Positions 55,632-64,000 of a stretch of DNA of 64,000 nucleotides are shown piece by piece. Within the stretch, counting starts at the first letter, position 1. Every line of letters begins with the position of its first letter. This DNA comes from Piromyces finnis finn (lineage: Eukaryota; Fungi; Neocallimastigomycota). Both the position numbers and the translations under genes were made by a program. Under the pieces are notes generated by a model. That model was not told the origin of the DNA. It saw nothing but the letters and a program-made list of their open reading frames with translations, and searched no databases. The stretch lies in the NCBI GenBank assembly GCA_002104945.1, contig MCFH01000029.1, forward strand, positions 124,001 to 188,000, written 5' to 3'.

Positions 55632-56303
55632 TTATCTTCTATCTCTATTTCTATTATTATAGTCATCTCTTGATCTTCTTGATGAACTTTTGTGATAATG
55701 TTCATGGTGACTGCCACTACTTCGTGATGAATGGTGTTTACTTCTACTTCTTTCTTTTTCTCTATAACTTCTGTGATGGCTAGTTTCGGATTGTCTTCTT
55801 CTTTTACTTTCTGATCTATCACGACTATTGCTTTCTGATCTATTACTACGATTTCTTTTTTCTTTTTCATGTTGTGAATATTTACTTTCTAATTTTATTT
55901 TTTTTTCTGTGTTTAATTTATCAGATTCTTCTTCAAACACATAATCATATTTATATTCCTCATTATTGTCACCTTCACGATAATGAGTTTTCATTTTTAA
56001 TTTATCTGATTTTGAATCCTTCACTATTTAATTAAAATTATATTTATAATAATTTTATTTAAACATTAGAAATTTAAATAATATTTTAAATATATTATTA
56101 TTATTATTGCTATATACTGACTCATCCAAGATTGATTTAATTTACTAACACTTTGTGAAAAATCAACATGGATTCTATGGTCATCAATTAAAACATTGTC
56201 CATCTAATTAATAAGTAAATAAATAATTATAAATAACTTTAATATTTAAAACAGCTTTAATTCATATATTGAAAAATTACTATTATTATTATTATTATTA
56301 TTA

Positions 56304-56335
<32 letters not shown>

Positions 56336-57575
56336 AATTCGGTAGTGATGATGTACCTTAAAATATGCTTCTTCACAATCCTCTTTATTTTCAAATTCAA
56401 TAAAAGCAAAACATAAAGATTCATTTGTTTGTTTATCTCTAACTATTTCACAACTTATAATTTATAATGTGATATTTGTTAATATATTATCATTGAATAC
56501 AGTTATTTTTAAATTTCTAAAAAAAATGATGTTTTAATAAAATACCTTCTTAATTCTCCAAATCGTGAAAATAATAACTCCAAATCTTCATCACGAGTAA
56601 TAGGATTTAATTTACATACAAAAAGAACATTTTCTGGTGGTTTAATTTCAGCAAATGGTAAATCACCCACCATTTCAAGTGTCAATTTTCTTGCATCAGC
56701 TTCTTCCTTTCTTTGTATTTTTTCTAATTCTTCTGGGTCTATATCAGGAAATATTTCTTCGTCTTCACCAATTCTAGAATTTTTAAGCATTTCTGCAGTA
56801 GGCTCTGGTGATTTATCTGGAACAACTAAATCCTCTGGATCATCAAATGGATCATCAAGAATAATAGTATGTTTAATTCTTATATATTTAGTAAGATTAT
56901 ATAGTTATTAAATAAAATAATTATAATATATGTAATATTTATATAAATATTAAAAACTCTTGAAAAATATTTTACCTTATATCTCTATAGGGTCTTCCTG
57001 TATCATCACACATAGAATTATTAATTTTTTCTACAACATCAAGTCCTTCTGCGACCATTCCAAATACTGCATGTTTATTATTTAAATATTCTAAATTTTC
57101 TCCTGTTGTAATAAAAAATTGTGAAGCACACACAGCCATTCCTGTATTATCTGATGATATTGTAGCCATTGACACAGTACCTTTTTCTTTATGTTTTAAT
57201 TTTGGATGAAATTCTGCTGGTATATAATTGTATTTTTCACCTTTAATTACACTGAATAAATGTTAAAATTATATTATATAATTATATTAGAGAAATTTAA
57301 ATATTTTCTAGTAATATTCAAATAATTATATAATTTAAAATTTTTTATTTAATAATATAATAATATAAATACCCATATATAGATTGACCTCCATTTCCTG
57401 TTCCTGTTGGATCTCCAGTTTGAATCATAAAATTCTTTTGAACATTGTGAAATAGAGCAAAGTTATAGTATTTTATTTTACAAAGTTTTAAAAAGTTTTT
57501 ACAAAGTTCAGGGCATAATTTAACTTCTAAATCAATAACAATATCTCCTAATGAAGTTTCTAACAATACTGACAT
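55632..57575 (-). CDS. PPIL4: Cyclophilin-RRM protein PPIL4/Cyp6/Rct1, multi-exon
   Basis: [16 protein letters not shown]; [12 protein letters not shown]; [16 protein letters not shown]; SQFFIT; [10 protein letters not shown]; PYRDIRIKHT; [31 protein letters not shown]; HVDFSQS; RS-rich C-terminus. Confidence 0.96.
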
Positions 57576-57616
57576 GTTCTTTTATTACTAAAATGCATTT
57601 AAAATATATATATATT

Positions 57617-57710
57617 AGCCAATTATATATAAAATATATATAAATAATTTTGTCAACTTTACATTTTAACTTTTTTAATTATTTATAATAAAACATCTAA
57701 TAGCCAATCA
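57617..57710. promoter_or_regulatory. CCAAT boxes in the 245-bp bidirectional promoter between PPIL4 and the small coiled-coil gene
   Basis: AGCCAAT at 57617-57623 and AGCCAATCA at 57702-57710. Confidence 0.45.
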
Positions 57711-57820
57711 AAATAAATTAAAAAATTGTACTATCCACTTCACTTAAAATATTATTAATTATAAATAATTTTTATTTTTATTTTTTTTTTATTTATTAAG
57801 AAAGTATAATAATATATAAG

Positions 57821-58029
57821 ATGACAATATCAAACGAAGAATTAAGTATCTATGTTGAAGGAATTCAAAAACAAATAGATGAACTTAATAAGGTTATTAA
57901 AAATGAAAATGAAAATAATCAAAATTCGAATTCTAGTAATGTCAATTCCGAAGGTAAAAAAGATAAAAGATTATAATTTATCATTTTTATTGTATCTAAA
58001 TAAAATAATAACCATATAAATTTTATCCT

Positions 58030-58077
<48 letters not shown>

Positions 58078-58277
58078 GAATTAGATAAAATAATTGAGGA
58101 AAAAGAATATTATAAAAAACAATACGAAAAGTCTGAATACAGGTTTGTAAAAATTATTAAATTATAATAATTATTAAAATAATATTATTAATTATCTCTT
58201 TTATATTATTATTATTTTAAAGAATTATCTTCTTACTTCGTAAAATAAATGAATTAGAATCACAAATAAAGAATTAA
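57821..58277 (+). CDS. Small (83 aa) coiled-coil protein, 3 exons, not in the ORF track
   Basis: Exons 57821-57953, 58079-58142 and 58223-58277 splice in frame (252 nt): MTISNEELSIYVEGIQKQIDELNKVIK...ELDKIIEEKEYYKKQYEKSEYRIIFLLRKINELESQIKN*. Confidence 0.75.
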
Positions 58278-59494
58278 ATCTCCTTTCAAAAAATATTAAA
58301 TTTGAATAATTTTTTTGTATAATGATTAGCATAAGCGTAGTAATTATGTGTTTATACCTTTTCACTTATTTCAATATATAATATATTAATTTAAAAAATA
58401 ATAATAATTATTATTGCAATATAAATTTTATTTTCAAAAATGTAGTAAATTAAAAATTAATTAATTTAATATATTATTCTTATTTATTTCCGGCCGGTTA
58501 GTTTTGTTTTCATATTTGTATTTATTTTTTATTTCTGGATTTTCAATTATATCGCTACTTTACTTACTTATTTATTGCATTATTTTGAAAATTTAACTAA
58601 TTTTTTATCGACAAATATTTAAAGTAGAAGATACATATTATAAAAAAATAAATAAATAAATAAATAAAAATAAATTATGTGTAAAAAGATTAATCATTTT
58701 AAAGTAATTTCTTTTATGTAAATTACTTTAAAAATATTAAAAAATCTAAAAATGAATATAGATTATTATAAATATTATATATACAATATTAATTTCCTAC
58801 ATTATTAATATAAAGAAGATAAGCATTTAAATTTCTTATTAAAATATAAAAATATCAATAATAATATTCAATAATATATTAGTACTTTTTTTTTTTTTTT
58901 TGGTAATAATAATATAGCCGTATAGAATAGTTGTATTTTTATTTTTTTATGCAATTTAATAATTAATAAAAATAATATATATAAGTCATAAATAAATATA
59001 TATAAAGGTATCCCTGCTGATACCTTCCTAAATAATACTTTATTCAAACATCATTCCTCAAGCAAATCTCCAATATACAAAATTTCATAATTAAAAGAAA
59101 ATATAATTTTTTTTTTTTTACTTTAATTACTATTTATTTTTTAAATTTTTTATTTATATTAAAAAAAAATTGCAGTTTCTTTGATAAAAAAATATATAAA
59201 ATAAAAATTTTTACTTAAAATTAAATATTAATAAAATTAAATGAAAGAATAGTTGTTATAGTTATTATTTGTGTGATATATTGTATATTTAAATTATATA
59301 ATTTTATAAAATACACAATAAAATATATTTATAATTTAGCATGCCATTTTTTTTTCTTTATATTATAAATTTTTAATATAATAATTCTATGAAGGTTAAA
59401 TTAATTCGTTGCGTTTTATAAAGTTATAAATTAAATCTCTAAAATAATAAATAAAGATGTATGATTTGAATATATAATTAATGATATGAATTGC

Positions 59495-62233
59495 TTATCT
59501 ACGGTCTGTTTTTCCAACACCACGTTTACCAGTAAATAAGTGCTTTGGCATTTTAACAGCAATAGAACGATCAGCTTCACCTCTACGTGATTTAAGACCA
59601 ATATCTTTAGTAGTTTTCTTCATTAATGATATAGCTTCCATCTTTTGTTTCTTGTTCTTTAAACCGGCCATTGATGGATCTCTTACCATACTAACACCTC
59701 TCATTGCAGAAGCTGAACGCATAGCTTCATCTCCTTCACGAGTGGTAGATCTAGCACGCTTACGGTTAGTTAATGGTGCATCATCAACACCTAATTCCTT
59801 GAATTTTTCTTCAATATTCTTTTCAGCAGGCTATTTTATATTTATTTTAAAAAAATTGATTAACATATATAAAAACTAATAAAAATGATATATTAACGAT
59901 AATTACTCTAGCAAAAGTAGCGGTTCTTGGAACAACAAGTCTATTCTTTGACTTATTTGTTCTATGTTTTTGAATAATAATGGATTTCTTTTCATTAATT
60001 TCATTAGCAGCTTCCTTAATAGCTTCTTCTTCAGAGTCATACTATAATAAATATAAATTACACATCAGATACAAAACTATGATTATAATAATAAAATCAT
60101 TATATATAAATTATAAACACTTACCATTTCTTCTTCAGATTCGTAATAACCTTCAGCGATTAAACGTTCTTCTTCTCTTTCTAATTCATCTAATTTTTCT
60201 TCAATTTCTGGATCAACGAAGTCAGCAACATTCTTACCATCCATAATTTCTGGAATAATATCATATTTCCATTCATCATTCTTAAGAATGTAATTCTCTG
60301 TAAATATTAAAAAAATGAGTAATTAATATATTTTTGGCTAAAGATATTACTATAATTACTATATTATAGTTTTGAAATTTACTTTTAAGGTCAACTTTAT
60401 AAACACCAGGTCCACCATTTTCAAGTTCAATATCTCTTTCCAACTTTCTACGATTTGGATCATTTGGATCATAAGGAATGCGATTCTTAACAGCATCTGG
60501 AATAAATGGTTTACGTTCCTATTTAAGGAGATTTACATAATTTTGTTAAATTAATTTATTTTATATTTTAATACTTCTTATATTAACTGTTATACAAAAA
60601 TTACTTTATTATCTCTTTTGACTGGAACAGCAAGATGTAACTTATTCATAACATCATTAACTCTAGTAGATTTCATTTTAACTTCAACTCTAGATGCTAA
60701 TAATTTTTCACAAGCAGTACTTTTTACATCCATGACACCTTCTTCAGTATAACAACTAGATAAAACAATAGTTGCACCTGAATTTTCAATTTCATCAATT
60801 AAAGCTCTATCTTCTGGATTTAAGTCCTCTGGTCTCATAACATCAATTTTATTAATGACTAAAACACATGGTTTATTGGAGAATAATGGCTTAATACTAT
60901 GGAATAAATTACTCTTAATAATTATAAAATTAAATTAAATCAGTACTCGATAAATTTATTATATAATTATATATACTTAAATTTATATTACTTGTTCTTT
61001 AATACTATAACCACATTGACCGGATAAATCCATAAAGAATAAAATACAAGCCTTTAAGTGAGCTAAGGCTGTAATAGATTGCATTTCAATAGTATTACGT
61101 TGTTCAAGAGCATGATCTAAAATACCTGGAGTATCAATAACTTGCCATCTGAGATACTTGTAATCCATATGACCAACGAATAATGATTTTGTAGTAAAAG
61201 CATATGGTTGAACTTCAACTTCAGTTCTTGTAACTTTGTTCATAAAGCTAGACCTTTAATGTATAATTTATTTAAAATATTTTTTGATAATTTAGTTTTT
61301 ATTCTTTCTCAAATAATTTGTTCAATTATTAACTTACTTTCCGACATTTGGAGTACCACAGATTAATAATGTACGTGTGTTTGGATCGATAGATGGTAAA
61401 CGAGCTAAATGTTGTCTTACTTGTTCTAAATAAGCTAAACTATCCTTTTGTCTTTTCATAACAGTAGCCATTCTATTATTTATAATTTTTAACAATTAAA
61501 ATCTGATTATTTTCGAATAACTTTTGTATTATTATTCATTGATATTTTTAAAATTTACCTTCCAAGTGCAGCTTTCTTTAATTGCTTACAACGATAAAGA
61601 GAATCAGCAAATTTTAATAATCTAACATAATCTTTAGCAATTTGTTCAATTAAATGTCTAGCAGTATTAATTTGAGCTAAAGCTAATTTATAGTGATCTC
61701 TATCATATAATACATTCATTAAATCAGCATAAAAAGGATGAATTTCCTAATAATTCAAAAAAAATATAAATTATTTCAATTTAATTTATAAAATTTGATA
61801 ATTTAGTATTATTTTAATTGGTAATAAAATTTATTTGTATTATATTAACAATTTTTCAATTAATATATTATTTTCTAAAATACTTACATCAAGTTTTGGA
61901 AATTCGGTTAAAATTAAATTTAATTTTTCATTGAAAGCCTTTATTAATTATATATAGATTATTATTAATATTATTATTATCTCTTTTATATTTTATTCAC
62001 ATTAATCATTGTATTTTTTAAAAAAAAGTTAATGAATAAAGAGCATATCAATAACATACATCTTGTGCAAATTTAACTTTTCTCATATAAAATTGTCTAA
62101 TACGAGTAATTTTATAGTTTGGGTGAACGACTGTTGGTGTTTTTCTTTGGGTTTTTGATAAAACAATATCAATAAAGTCGGTTACTGTTGGAACAACAGT
62201 AATCTTTTTGAAATTATAAAAGGATGATGCCAT
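59495..62233 (-). CDS. NOG1: Nucleolar GTP-binding protein 1, multi-exon
   Basis: [29 protein letters not shown]; [22 protein letters not shown]; PYAFTTKSL; DTPGILD; C-terminal [18 protein letters not shown]. Confidence 0.98.
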
Positions 62234-62431
62234 TTTTAATATTAATTTTTATATGAAATTAAAAAAAAAAATAAATTATTTTATATAAATATATATATAT
62301 TATTTGAATAAATTAAAATCTTCGAAAGTAAATTTCTTATATTTAATAATACTATTTTTGAACAAAGATTTTAAATTTTATATTCAAAAATAATATTAGA
62401 GTTTCTTTACTTTTAAAGAAAATATTAAAGT

Positions 62432-62490
<59 letters not shown>

Positions 62491-63062
62491 TTAATTATAT
62501 TATATTAAAACAAAAATCAAAATATATTTGTTAAAAAAAAAATAATATTACATATATTATAATTGATTTTATAATATATTGTTTAATTAAATGTTCTATA
62601 TTTAAAATTATTGAAAAAATAATTTTAAATTTTGATTTTTTGAGAAATTTAACCAATAATATATAAATCTATATATTTCTATAATCTGATTGGTTAATGG
62701 TTTCATTCTTTATATGAAGGAAATATGTAAATTATTATGTAAAGAATATATTTATACATACACGTGATAAAAAAGCAGTATATACATATGATTTTAAACT
62801 TTGTTATGTAAAATTTTAATTACTAATATTAATATCAAATTAATATAATTTAATTTAATATTATTTGGTCTACAGTAGAAATTGAAAAAAAAATATATTA
62901 ACATATTAACTCAGAAATGTTTTAATGAAAATTAATTTATATTAAAAGAATTAATATTACTTATAATAATATTTTTGGTTTAACATAAAATTTATAAATT
63001 GATTAAATATTGTTATAAGAGAATTAAAAGAATTATTAAAAACAAATACAAAAAAAATTAAA

Positions 63063-64000
63063 ATGAAAGTTACTAAATTAAAGCATAAATTATATATATA
63101 TGTAATAATACTAATATCAGTATGTTTTTGCTTAAAATCTAGTTACAAATGGTATATACTACATAAAACCATCATATATTATAATTAATTAATACTAATA
63201 TATTATATTTAATAGGGAAGGTGATATAATAAATTATCGTCAAGACATTGAGAATATAAAGCAAAATGAAGAATCTTTAAAATACGCAGAACTATCGGAT
63301 TCAAAAATATATTATTTAAGAATTAGAATTATAAATAAAAGTGTAAAGTATTAAGGAAATCCTTACTACATTTTTATACTCGTAATATAAATTATAATAC
63401 CCTTTCGCTCATTTAAAATTTTAATAAATAAATTATAAAGACAGGAAAGATATGTAAATTATGCAATAAACAATTAATGCGTGCAGGAGGAAAGCCAAAT
63501 GTAGTTAATAATTTAAAAAAACCAGATACTCTAAATGGTTTAATGACTTTTGGAAACGTAATTAGAGGAAAATATGAATGGTATTATCCTTTTATCACAA
63601 ATGAAATTGGGATTGATTTTTTAATTATTGAATCAAATGACTTATTACCATATGATCTAGTCAGAGAAGGTGTTGAATCACATTATTTGGCATTAGTTGT
63701 ATATTGGGATATTTATAAAACATTGCGTGTAATCATTTCACTATAATTTATTTAATTATTATTTTAATAATCTAATTATTTTAATATATATCTATATATC
63801 ATATTTAGCTTGTTCAAAAATATGATATTAGTAATTCAGTAATTCAACTAAAAGATTTAGATGTATTACATGTTGATGATATTGAATTCTTTATCAATCA
63901 CAGTTATTCACCATTTGCCTTTGGTATATTAAAAAATTATAAAACGCCTACTGCTTTAATATTATCATTAAATAGAAAAACTCTAGAAGTGGTGGAATTT
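63063..64000 (+). CDS. Hypothetical secreted or membrane protein, runs off the window
   Basis: MKVTKLKHKLYIYVIILISVCFC (signal-like), then spliced exons WEGDIINYRQD..., TGKICKLCNKQLMRAGGKPNVV...YLALVVYWDIYKTLR, LVQKYDIS...LEVVEF, open at the window end. Confidence 0.65.

Overview
Very AT-rich, intron-rich eukaryotic DNA, most likely from an anaerobic gut fungus (Neocallimastigomycota); this is inferred from the extreme AT content, short GT-AG introns and a gene carrying fungal dockerin domains. Exons were spliced and translated by hand; no database searches were run, so family assignments rest on recognised motifs. Bases 1.1-6.4 kb are a mosaic of decayed pieces: an intron-containing Miro/GEM1 pseudogene fragment, a frameshifted ankyrin gene between degenerate inverted repeats, and a GC-rich remnant. 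The remainder holds about 14 protein genes: a transcriptional cyclin, a dockerin-metallophosphoesterase membrane protein, a P4-ATPase flippase, an LRR receptor-like protein, CaMK, a CAP-Gly coiled-coil protein, a dual-specificity phosphatase, DML1/Misato, SRP54, an arrestin-like/IFI44-like protein, PPIL4, a small coiled-coil protein, NOG1 and a partial secreted protein. There is also a hidden pair of box C/D snoRNAs (snR41-like and snR70-like). Best leads: (1) a membrane-anchored double-dockerin phosphoesterase with a ~490-aa cytoplasmic tail, (2) a ~916-aa protein joining an arrestin-like Ig domain to an apparently dead IFI44-like GTPase domain, (3) the snR41-snR70 cluster.
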